From: Candidatus Woesearchaeota archaeon | Lineage (GTDB): Archaea > Nanobdellota > Nanobdellia > Woesearchaeales > JAAOYA01 | NCBI GenBank assembly: GCA_018221105.1 | Contig: JAAOYA010000008.1 | Coordinates: 259,244 to 323,243, forward strand | Length of the DNA: 64,000 nucleotides | Direction of reading: 5' to 3' | Part shown: in pieces, positions 61,101-64,000 of the stretch | Position numbering within the stretch: the first letter of the stretch is position 1 | Layout of the letters: every line of letters starts with the position of its first letter | Position numbers and translations under genes: made by a program | Notes under the pieces: generated by a model | The model's database searches: none | What the model saw: the letters and a program-made list of their open reading frames with translations, nothing else | What the model was told of the DNA's origin: nothing

Positions 61101-64000
61101 CTTGCGTGCTTGTTGTTGTTCCACTACTCCAACTTTGGTTGTTGTCTTCTGTGTGGTTTGTTATTGGTATTGTTGTAATGTCTACTCCCCAATTGGTGAT
61201 GTATGCTAGTATGCCGTCAATCCAGATTGTGATTTTGTTGTATATTATGTTCCACCAGTCGATGAAGTCTGTTAGTTGTATTGTGCCAAAAACTGTCACG
61301 TTTTGTAATGGGTTGACTGTGTAATTGTCTAAACTAATGTCGATGATTAATGTTTGAGTTGTGAAATTGCTTCGTACTATGTCATAATATCTAAAGTTGT
61401 CTGATAGGTTTGTACGATACGTTATGTGATACCAACTGTAATTTGTTGTTAATGTGTATTTTCCAGTGAACCACCCGCCGCTGGCGCTGCCGTTTAAGGC
61501 TATCGTGTTTTGTGGTAGTGTGTAATTGATTTGTAATCGTGGTTTGTTAGCGCTTCCTGATTCATTGCTGATTAATTCTTTTAGGTTGTTGGAGCTTGGA
61601 GCGCTAAAGTCTTCACTGTCACGAATGATGAAACCGTAATTGTTTTCTTTATCATTAGCCCACTCGTCAACCACATTTGTCACATCCCATGACTTGTAGC
61701 CCGCAGGATCATCAACTGACACATTGTCGAGTATTGTGGCGCTTTGTATGTCTGTTGTGCTCATTGGTTGATTGTTCCAAGTTACTGTGTCTTCACTCCA
61801 GCTTTGGTCTACTTTGTAGATTTCAGCGCTTACTACGCCTCCTGCTTCACTGTCCAAATACAGTTGTAATTGCGCGCTTGTTATAGTGGCGTTTTCTGGA
61901 AGGTTGCTTACATCAAATTCGATGTATGTGCGGTGGAAGCGCGTTGTTGCTTCTCCTAAATTTACTAGTGTGTCACTACCATAATTAGTGTCTGGTGTTG
62001 CACTATCAATTGACGCGTCTTGTGTTGGACTGATTGTTGCGTTGTAAACTGTTACGTCAGTGATTTCAGCCCAGACACTACTGATATTGTTGTTCGGGTC
62101 AATAACTGATGGGTTGACGTAAACGCTCAGGTTTAATGTGTCGCCGCTGTTAACATGATTAAAACCAGTGCCCTCATGAACACTTGAAGCATTAGCCATT
62201 GGAATCTTAACATTCAAGATTGTGCTTTTAGTGCCGTAAATGCCGAAAGGGTCAGTGCCGTTAACAATTATCGTGTGATAGCCTGCGTAGGAGTGAGTAG
62301 CAAAGTTGTCTGTGTAATTGCCATTAGCATCAGTTTCGGGGTTGGTCCAATACGTTACATTGATTGAATTTAGGACTGGTGTTACTGTACTATCACTTGT
62401 TGAAAGATTTACTCTGTAGCGCAACTGAGTGCCATTACTGTTAAACATGTGAACAACATCTTTAGTCACAGCCTCCCATGTGCTGCCATTATCATTAGAA
62501 GCAAAGTAAGTAATAGTTTGACTATTGAGTGTTTCTGTTGGGCTAATCAAGACTTCTGTGATGTTTTTAGATGTTGAGGCGATTATATTAGATGTTTTTA
62601 GTTCCCAATCATTGTAAGCTGGCACTTGATACCTATATATTAAATAACCATCGTTTCCACTACCTGTTCCGTCAGGGTCAAGTCCTCCCACTAAATCAAT
62701 ATCAGAATCATTATCCCAATCAATAAAGTATGGAGCTTTTAAGCTTCCAGAATATAAGTTTGGAGTACAAGCCGCACAAGTAGCGTTTATTTTTGTATTG
62801 TCTTGTGACCATGTAGGATTGGTGTTGTTTCCTGTATTTTCAAAATAATCAGGGCTTTCATCACATAATAAATCGTTATCTCCATCATAGTCAAAGTCAA
62901 GGATATTAATAACTACATATCCATTGCATGTTACTCCACTAAGCTTTGAATTGTTTTGAACCATTAATGGATTTGAGTTATTTCCTATATTTTCAAAATA
63001 ATTCTCACCACTACTACTTTCTCCAACAAATATGTCATAGTCTCCATCGTCATCAAAATCAATCACGAAAGGCGAAGCAGCAATCCCAACATCAACTCCG
63101 GACATATTAATCCTGCTATCATTTCGCACCCAGTTAGGAGCAGCATTGCTACCATTGTTTTCATAATAATAAATGTGTCCCTGGAATCTTCCAGTAACCA
63201 AGTCCCAGTCACCATCAGAGTCCCAGTCAACTGGTCTTGGAACAGCGTAATCTCCTACATTAACTCCACTAAAAATATTGGTGTTTTCAACCCATATGGG
63301 ATTAAGATTGCTTCCTGTATTATTGTAAAAAGATATTGTCCCATCTTGTTCTCCAACTAAAATTTCAAAATCTCCATCATTATCCCAATCAATAACATGA
63401 GGTCTTGGAAAATCATCTTTTGACAAAGTGTCAGTTGCGATCTCTGATGAACCATTAACTATGGTATTATTTACAAACCAAGTTGAACCGTTTATGCTTA
63501 GTTGCTTTTGTGAATTGTCAAAGTAAGAATTTTTGTTCACATCGACATCGTCTTGGTAAATGTTTATGCTGTTGTTTGTTACGTCTGCGATGTTTGTGCC
63601 ATTGTTTAGGTATGCGTGTCCGCTTACTGTTGTGTTTTGAGTTGCATGTTTTTTGTTATTGTCTAAGTTTATTGTGATGTTGAGCGTTTGAACAGCAAAA
63701 TTGCTAGCGGTACTATCATGATAGTTAAAACCGCTTGACAGGTTAGCGTAATAATCAACAGTGTAAGTGCCATAATAAGTTGTGTTGGTGAACAATCCAC
63801 TCCACCAACCACCAGTTGCACTACCTGAGAGAGGGATTGTTTTTGAATTGCTACCATTGCCTTTTTCAAACAATTCTTGAACTTCAAATGGTGAAAGTGT
63901 CCTATTGTATATTGCAATTTCATCTATCAAGCCATTGAAATAAGTGGCTGCTCCTCCAACACTATCTCCAATGAAGATGGGATAATTATTATCGGAAAGT
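43156..64000 (-). CDS. Giant modular surface protein (>6,900 aa, 5' partial) with TM anchor and C-terminal HerA/FtsK/VirB4-like ATPase
   Basis: Frame open to 64000 (..PIFIGDSVGGAATYFNGLIDEIAIYNRTLS, LamG-like); three DWDxDGDxD repeat clusters; DNRLRE-like domain; Ig-like stalk; TM near 44902-44958; Walker A GSTGGGKT, Walker B LIVYDEVH, REFRKWG...ISQ. Confidence 0.92.
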   Translation of the reverse strand, partial: LSDNNYPIFIGDSVGGAATYFNGLIDEIAIYNRTLSPFEVQELFEKGNGSNSKTIPLSGSATGGWWSGLFTNTTYYGTYTVDYYANLSSGFNYHDSTASNFAVQTLNITINLDNNKKHATQNTTVSGHAYLNNGTNIADVTNNSINIYQDDVDVNKNSYFDNSQKQLSINGSTWFVNNTIVNGSSEIATDTLSKDDFPRPHVIDWDNDGDFEILVGEQDGTISFYNNTGSNLNPIWVENTNIFSGVNVGDYAVPRPVDWDSDGDWDLVTGRFQGHIYYYENNGSNAAPNWVRNDSRINMSGVDVGIAASPFVIDFDDDGDYDIFVGESSSGENYFENIGNNSNPLMVQNNSKLSGVTCNGYVVINILDFDYDGDNDLLCDESPDYFENTGNNTNPTWSQDNTKINATCAACTPNLYSGSLKAPYFIDWDNDSDIDLVGGLDPDGTGSGNDGYLIYRYQVPAYNDWELKTSNIIASTSKNITEVLISPTETLNSQTITYFASNDNGSTWEAVTKDVVHMFNSNGTQLRYRVNLSTSDSTVTPVLNSINVTYWTNPETDANGNYTDNFATHSYAGYHTIIVNGTDPFGIYGTKSTILNVKIPMANASSVHEGTGFNHVNSGDTLNLSVYVNPSVIDPNNNISSVWAEITDVTVYNATISPTQDASIDSATPDTNYGSDTLVNLGEATTRFHRTYIEFDVSNLPENATITSAQLQLYLDSEAGGVVSAEIYKVDQSWSEDTVTWNNQPMSTTDIQSATILDNVSVDDPAGYKSWDVTNVVDEWANDKENNYGFIIRDSEDFSAPSSNNLKELISNESGSANKPRLQINYTLPQNTIALNGSASGGWFTGKYTLTTNYSWYHITYRTNLSDNFRYYDIVRSNFTTQTLIIDISLDNYTVNPLQNVTVFGTIQLTDFIDWWNIIYNKITIWIDGILAYITNWGVDITTIPITNHTEDNNQSWSSGTTTSTQVNTNNITIAYEGFWEDTDTFSNCSMSAVTDSFKFAFDNDTNKLHVVCSSGSDLYYLTRTATWSQELIPQTIPDETNRYYPSVTLHPQTKYPLVTYNSYNSSDTNYYIGLSEWNGTNWTNTQIQTQVKGQSRIFAVVDQNNDTLFTYQNSSLFFIFASYNGSYLNETNLTPAWGQNLASEIVFDENGYPVTATPASGRVYLRNYNGTSWESHMLGTSSTPWEYRIGLNSINDVYVSSKLDGVNNYYPHYWNGTGYTTLPSLGIYFNLAEPIQSPLTVSADGLPNTLYMDTTRNIYHAKYNGSNWEKSAILGICHTSDYQCALDMVLNPQNDAPIIGYKDASDNLNVRIFNANAYSSSGNFTSQLIDSNSFAKLYGLSWNATIPTNTSVKFQVATSFNTTTIDSNFTGPDGTSSTYYTISADNSTTANINARYFKYKAFLQTNDTSITPTINSVTVHYKTIATGLNATYNYTFQAPLEAGNHTIIVNATDNFSIYGENQTVLLVKMPMNNPNATSTYTTTRHANENNTINISVYLPPESIDPNNLLDSVWAIVQPSASDIASTTVQLNGSSAGGTWSGLFNQTSELGQYNLQFYSNLSNSFASSNTVTTSFIVERVNLTVNLNNNYTNASEQIIIGGQATLTNNTYSVFTDDYQTSDYVDSAQSNITVGSKITLTIDSFAWLPNNTMFNASCFNCTDGLDSGGRNDPFIIDFDEDGDYDIIVGRASSTLFYYENIGDNDNPDWILNTTKFPIGGTDYTPHAIDWDSDGDYDLIAGNYNYMGYYENNGSNSNPDWVINNTIVGASNETNWDGIDSGTVNDPFVIDWDSDGDYDIVTGDYGGGLKYYNNTGTNQNPSWSEETGFFTGINVGTWSRPVVFDWDSDGDWDTIVGKEGSFGLINYFENTGDNSNPSWSQDNTQMGASTPTGTDGITVHTVGAGNAAPTIVDWDNDSDIDIISGNVEGKILFFEQVPGYNTTGTLTSKTLATTNYNITSAQLIVDETLNSQTINYFVSNDNGSTWESITNGTIHTFTSNDNELKYRAILSTGDSAITPQINSISMRYWTNEKHDISSRTVNTYYNNVANLTNTTDSGGNYSIDTLAPRWSGINNITVNMTTSWGVFGANNIQISNKIPLEPQVYSTSTFTTHANLNEVINITVNIPSINIGGDLIDDVWAIVTKVNGSNYTMALTGSATGGWWSNTYSNTDEYGTYLVQYYANLTSGYAQINPTSNTFAVETLNVTLNLDAYLKNTSENTTASGHVNLYNSTDIGNVENNSVFVWQDSTDLNIASYTNSTVLSLPISGASWTQNDSKVNFTSITTASSRTAPRVIDWDNDSDYDLIIGTSFDDLEFYENTGDNVNPVWVQNTSIVGGIVPYYGYNTPSIVDWDSDGDFDILVGGSISGRLDFFLNNGSNAAPNWVRNNTYINASCAAGCYDMIINDGNYVYPQIFDWDGDGDYDIAIGTAWDNKIIYYNNTGTNSNPSWERHDTFFGAVLGTSYNYPVPSIIDFDGDGDYDQIIGGDDGFVGFYNNTGNNNNPSWAIITQEFDVGTYSNPQAIDWDGDGDYDVVTGNSGATINYYERKSQYQLSHGYNSSQVTTSSNITNAQIIADQTLNGQNITYYLSNDNGSTWESTTNGAIHSFTSISNELKYRAVLTTSTDSITPIINSITVNYWTNVQTNTTGDYEQTFSAHVYAGNHTIKVNVTDPQGIYAENNVTLSVKIPLENQSSISLNTTTNHSNANDTINISVYIPTSNVDLNNNLSTVWAVINKSDSTQHTIMLSGSQMGGWFSTTWQNTTAYSDYTVQFYANLSDGFNNQNPTLSAFTVQTLIVNLSLDTNYTNPNQTLEISGTIQLTDFSQYWNLILNKISIWIDGILAAIKSWFVDEATIPITNNTENEDSEWNSGTHTNTQANPNNLTIAYEGLWNNPYIITNCTMFSAYDTFKFAIDNTTGDLHVACTSSPDLYYIVYDGVGWSEEIIPLTIPNETGRYQPSISLHPQTKYPTISYASYDNPSYYIGLASYNGSNWTSTRINRTINANSKIWILFDQNNNTLMTYNNISGGWQYYGVWNGSYLNETNVTGSGSSRSGEMVFEENNYPVITTIETNRHRVRIQNSTGWENITLGLDSSAFGPRIGLNSKTDFYVSRRQGYAYYVDYWNGTDVTNIAVGDTMASSNEIDHMPIKTSPVDGLPRILYQNFSAVEVIYASYNSSAWTKTSIGSCKFGDYLCFLDLELNPFNGAPIVGYKNSAGSALEVRIFNPNAYASSGTFTSQLIDSESFAKLFGISWNATIPTNTSVKFQVATSFNASTIDSNFTGPDGTASTYYTVSGDNTTLVNITGQFFKYKAILQTNNTNVTPTINSITLHYKAISTSLNATYNYTITTTSDEGEHVVIVNATDPYGIYGEQNISYEIWAPTLVQSNWTKSYPASAIFTLRANWTRTDTNVLINGTANLTVANTSKYCNNVNFCEHNFTIPTGVPALNQTIIITFNNTPSYYETESINYTVLLEEPTTLGNLSANIKNIYDMGPVDYDFLQNITLYNIGNGSMTNILIINDSFSTVHMLNITYYNDTCQSKLLPQQNCTFTYNITLKASRPLGDIPLDWIANWTNNNGAQGQDTYSTYYIHVSGNPDLDIVLASTGQPYNITIADNLSESHTFGFLFNCSGNERIGESSQPAESVFVNLVNTNMNSSWVQFNGSSSQWNIPGDYFDYINAQALRYLTVNITVTNYSQANYYGTINVTAIDDAGLQLYREIQISINITPNISISQNAISETENLTDAHTTNISVNATGNAPLTNVLVDFISLTLPASWITFDSPDSGWTGSGWNSIAEYTSKLLQVIVNVLSYVPGTYEGLINITSDEGLVDTISINITITPQLTVSHNNFSVTDNISTAQNFNFNISSTGNAPLTNTSIIYLGGNMPQNWAIFDSQASSWNNATKTFNLVQENYFKTVTLTIKALNSTNGTYTSLYNITTDAQQNLSTSLNLTINIGAVLQTINSITAQSEHTVTNSFSVQLNSTGNGELDNIQATFDSQTLPDSWITLYYQAQQGIIVNLTNITEYTTKTFDFNITSPYYQSPGVYTGTINITSDNVATQVINISFEVLTNSTWHIVQPDNKTNEFVLNQDGIIANFTLNNTGNIPLNFTITYDDTGCPDYFCIGNPEGQNSPSNVYITKNNLSSLINIHVFPSSASYYDYWVKLTFTNGSATPTSDDSYIYFNITNLEPQLVNLTTTPNNFTEVNTTITLYAVVSDDEDVGPLTGMNLTSMYFNMTLPNTTIITYNESDIYYWDDADEEGIELDRKKFRNISTDLPIGGIYNITFYIVDKSNNVVVPNLYQFKVYDYTNLSITGTGATANNVTQDHGENVTITITTNNIGFTKAYNINVSAWAPNGWIVEKQNIGIVNSSDSNVTTIIVEVPLDVQGNYQITPYVEWEDPDGQYQTNNDTSSRTISVNNNPENTIPPFYNFTVSHSNQQKFNHTTNATGNVNSLTSYLEYLESSGNLPATWISPSQGDIFYGTISVNTSRTTEFTITVPYAQSPAAYSGLFRITADNTVTKYTNVTVNVPPSADYTISPNTTQTNDYALNEKAIIAIYTINNSGNIDLNLTINYTEWGDTNYSDVAGLFILNHNVSGTIYNPTSLIVAKGGLNNITLYQNGSVSSQNNVGIRLNITEQVTSTNQIVDAVFNITEEPPFITKILFSPNNFTELNQSISIKIVTGDDAGLNISSLYLNVTDQSPTTYVFNVLPPGEGVLLNGEWVEFNFTHNFTNTTFAGSYTVVAQVQDKHVPAFYNISSSYVFIVTAKTNLTIVPLNTSFNVGDVNKSNGQNTTIEVNITNIGQVTAYNATVYLSETNTYKGYNNTLASLGPGVSALLNFTIEVKNATVPQSLNPVPTVQWTNPELTTNTNYTTPVSITVQSNKQLILTNTTLYKESGHNNNYIDTFYILASGNDNSTSVLVTKTIDDNNITVKLSGSGFSYSDGLLIPTITLQSPKIIYVNVSIPQGKTPGLYNITITVNETSSQNFIQQLNITPSFDWINNTYLLDINGVTDINQLDEQFNLTNTGNINITFNFSLAGPITSYLILQENITTLAPTQSYVVQINHTAPGGNNNYTGNLVVKDGQNTKTYNVTYYVHYANLTIIDVAPSTNVLVGDEINVTAEFVYETGPVTQNVTYEIWLNQTTTCSINGTSVVGNNTILTCNAPAIPDANSYDLRLKSTFNGPTGLLIYEREQSNAVTYKDVTTPTVTTYNVSDVQRYSNSTILLNATDNVAVTQVIALITHPNNATPIQYPMEYLNGYWQNTSDFNDLGIHSLQFLVIDAASNINNNITTTFEVFENKNFAGQILDYQSNPVRANFTLNNNDVNASYNFSTNATGHYNITIKTRIYDTNIFFESYNLTIYNVSYFNLPTSFINLSIVSASDAELSSDIEGFAIQTNMPNAGFITIDYTDHLPAPTGFKGPTIVEETYLRVYKCDNFDSPTGHCSGPWWQQLPSTPNVLLNELTANVSALSSGATTAVLYVEQEPINEPSINILSNTINATINHNSTSVEVIAIENDGNTALYDVTGNCTGVVCAQSEFDISYNTLLQLFNGVGSSLNMTINVPYGYSPTTYTTTLRVYSGAIEDTATVQIIVPLDPSINVNPSTDYVSAGSQTSNNISMTVDNTGNVDAGITQFTSNSGVLWFNTGSYTLSKFGTRNQYLNYNAPATISNTTYTHTIISTGYAPQVNQFTIFVDKELSIISVMPQTNVLNNQLITINITPIYYDYNLQSTFTTTADNVTVTIDDVPCANLTLVADTITCYAPSFGTNNTQQSKTLKIIGEFQNGTAIDTASITYGDVYPPYITAYNTSLEKPGSGNTTITISTFDDNDLGVISATLTTPSSGTVIPQINISSKDIYLIANLIELGDYTININLSDNTSNSQLLSLPFELYQDFSFNGIVQEAGSGGTQTTFDFYKPTTKEHMQTIVSASNGVYSDIVHRRNYDLTIDAINTLIQVPNYDITNWSDSIDIDSIDIATVSSVEGDNDISAVAIKSGINLTGGTNLTLTYDTSGKGIQDINRIYVYRCINWTYSSRVCNGNFTQVSSTRLLLFDGYEHLYLANVTGLSKVAYLISEDIPVVIVPPPPAPSPSPSGGGGSSGLGQEELNETLSEFFESRQSDSLSVDTADINKELFGGEISRGKLHFYNDQNETLQIRIEKVGPIAEFFDFDTYSLTLEKGRETDVFYVINVPLETRAGVYTGEISLTSNKGVKRLPVQLRVAEKGDQLLSVTIKPVTQVISPGNELTMQVKIANPLSQSIDTNLTVDLVDSKLGRTVMNLSEQIIVGPDGFIKEYTLNLSRNIKLGDYTVRATVSYIISAKEYSIKDFDDITIREPLYARSLFGVKLWALATMLGLILIVAVGALETRNYFESKRKYRLAMPDLHELPRPTDRTAWMGNLAETKIRTFVELEKLMMHTIVAGSTGGGKTIAAQVIVEEALKKNVAVIVFDPTAQWSGFLRKLEDSKMLDRYTDYGMNKEEAKAYNGNIRQVTDAREIISLKDYIKPGEINIFTINRLDPKDIDLFVANTVREIFHANLEESQELKALIVYDEVHRLLSKFGGSGEGFIQVERACREFRKWGLGLLLISQVLSDFVGEIKANINTELQMRTRDEGDLERLKTKYGSDVVKSVVKASVGTGMFENAEYNKGKPYLVSFRPITHSVKRLTDDELDKYAKYNNLIDELAYQVDMLEKEGQDVFDLRLELDLSLKKVKTGGFNMVDIYLESLRPRVERLWERLGKKAPKREKKIITHEMLEADIKKAEIARKQYVADQESQEKAEESTKTTSGKESEERDQSEKTKEEETKEQKKKEPEFEEVTIESVQPVKTKKQKKKAEKAAKKEAKKVAKKSKKKESKQQEKTKEKPAQQEEKKAVDNFNDIATRLEQELENLQLDLSSARKAGKDVTIQQLKITSLPAALKIARTMESKSELEKIEQKIKEVQKEIK
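44020..44820 (-). other. HerA/FtsK-superfamily (DUF87/DUF853-like) ATPase domain
   Basis: HTIVAGSTGGGKT, VFDPT, YDEVHRLL, REFRKWGLGLLLISQ (arginine-finger and sensor-Q pattern). Confidence 0.9.
45715..45732. repeat. (GCTTGG)3 in-frame tandem repeat encoding the Pro-Ser linker
   Basis: Three exact hexamers within PPPPAPSPSPSGGGG. Confidence 0.8.
53900..57560 (-). repeat. Copy 2 of a large intragenic duplication (scaffold, FG-GAP, scaffold, propeller)
   Basis: Shares LSGSATGGWWS-type, SNDNGSTWE, IWIDGILA, IAYEG and SWNATIPTNTSVKFQVATSFN..TIDSNFTGPDGT motifs with 59600-63850. Confidence 0.85.
56360..57205 (-). repeat. FG-GAP/VCBS repeat cluster 3
   Basis: Five P..(I/V/F)D(W/F)DxDGDxD..G units, each followed by an N.G....P.W motif except the last. 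Confidence 0.9.
58195..59075 (-). repeat. FG-GAP/VCBS repeat cluster 2
   Basis: Five DWDSDGDYD-type units; an exact 31-bp DNA repeat at 58612-58642 and 58795-58825. Confidence 0.9.
61518..62046 (-). other. DNRLRE (CBM96/disaggregatase-related) domain
   Basis: PTQDASI....PDTNYG, R.YIEFD.S.LP..A.I.SA.L.LY, W.E..VTWNNQP, WDVT..V..W....NYG, S.E.....P.L.I.Y. Confidence 0.85.
62628..63415 (-). repeat. FG-GAP/VCBS repeat cluster 1
   Basis: Five D(W/F)DxDGDxD units. Confidence 0.9.

Larger units (their letters stand above)
59600..63850 (-). repeat. Copy 1 of the intragenic duplication, with an extra DNRLRE insert
   Basis: Offsets to copy 2 are about 6.29 kb before and about 5.73 kb after the DNRLRE insert; identical CCTTCATAAGCTATTGT at 61067-61083 and 55340-55356. 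Confidence 0.85.

Noticed and set aside
56360-63415. CRISPR array suggested by regularly spaced repeats
   Set aside because: The repeats are degenerate, in frame, and encode FG-GAP motifs; no cas genes.
53900-63850. Diversity-generating retroelement (TR/VR pair)
   Set aside because: No reverse transcriptase in the window; both repeat copies are coding and their differences are not confined to adenines.

Overview
AT-rich archaeal DNA, most likely a DPANN lineage such as Woesearchaeales/Nanobdellota. This rests on fibrillarin, Nop5, archaeal ValRS, secF-secD order, a stand-alone 5S rRNA, TATA-box leaderless promoters and a PGF-pre-PGF surface protein; the exact taxon is inference. Three zones. 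(1) 1-19.0 kb: a bacterial-style surface-glycan locus with HldE, two GT9 heptosyltransferases, GT4/GT2, a Wzx-type flippase, five methyltransferase-fold genes, a radical SAM/SPASM enzyme, and a NodU carbamoyltransferase with SxtJ/SxtK-like partners and two SGNH proteins. (2) 19.2-41.7 kb: housekeeping and envelope genes (5S rRNA, NOP2/RsmB, short NFACT, SurA-parvulin-thioredoxin fusion, CARF-like orphan, Cys-rich microproteins, Na+-PPase, PyrG, SecF, PDZ-containing SecD, UbiB kinase, Nop5, fibrillarin, ValRS). (3) 41.8-64 kb: the standout. One ORF of more than 6,900 aa, open at the window edge, joins a modular extracellular adhesin to one TM helix and a cytoplasmic HerA/FtsK/VirB4-type ATPase. 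The adhesin is a repeating two-domain scaffold into which LamG, FG-GAP propeller, DNRLRE and other propeller cassettes are inserted; the propeller cassettes sampled show contrasting codon usage. It is followed by an unannotated AbrB-like gene and a coiled-coil gene. Three small genes missing from the ORF track were found by reading the DNA. All calls come from motif recognition; no searches were run.
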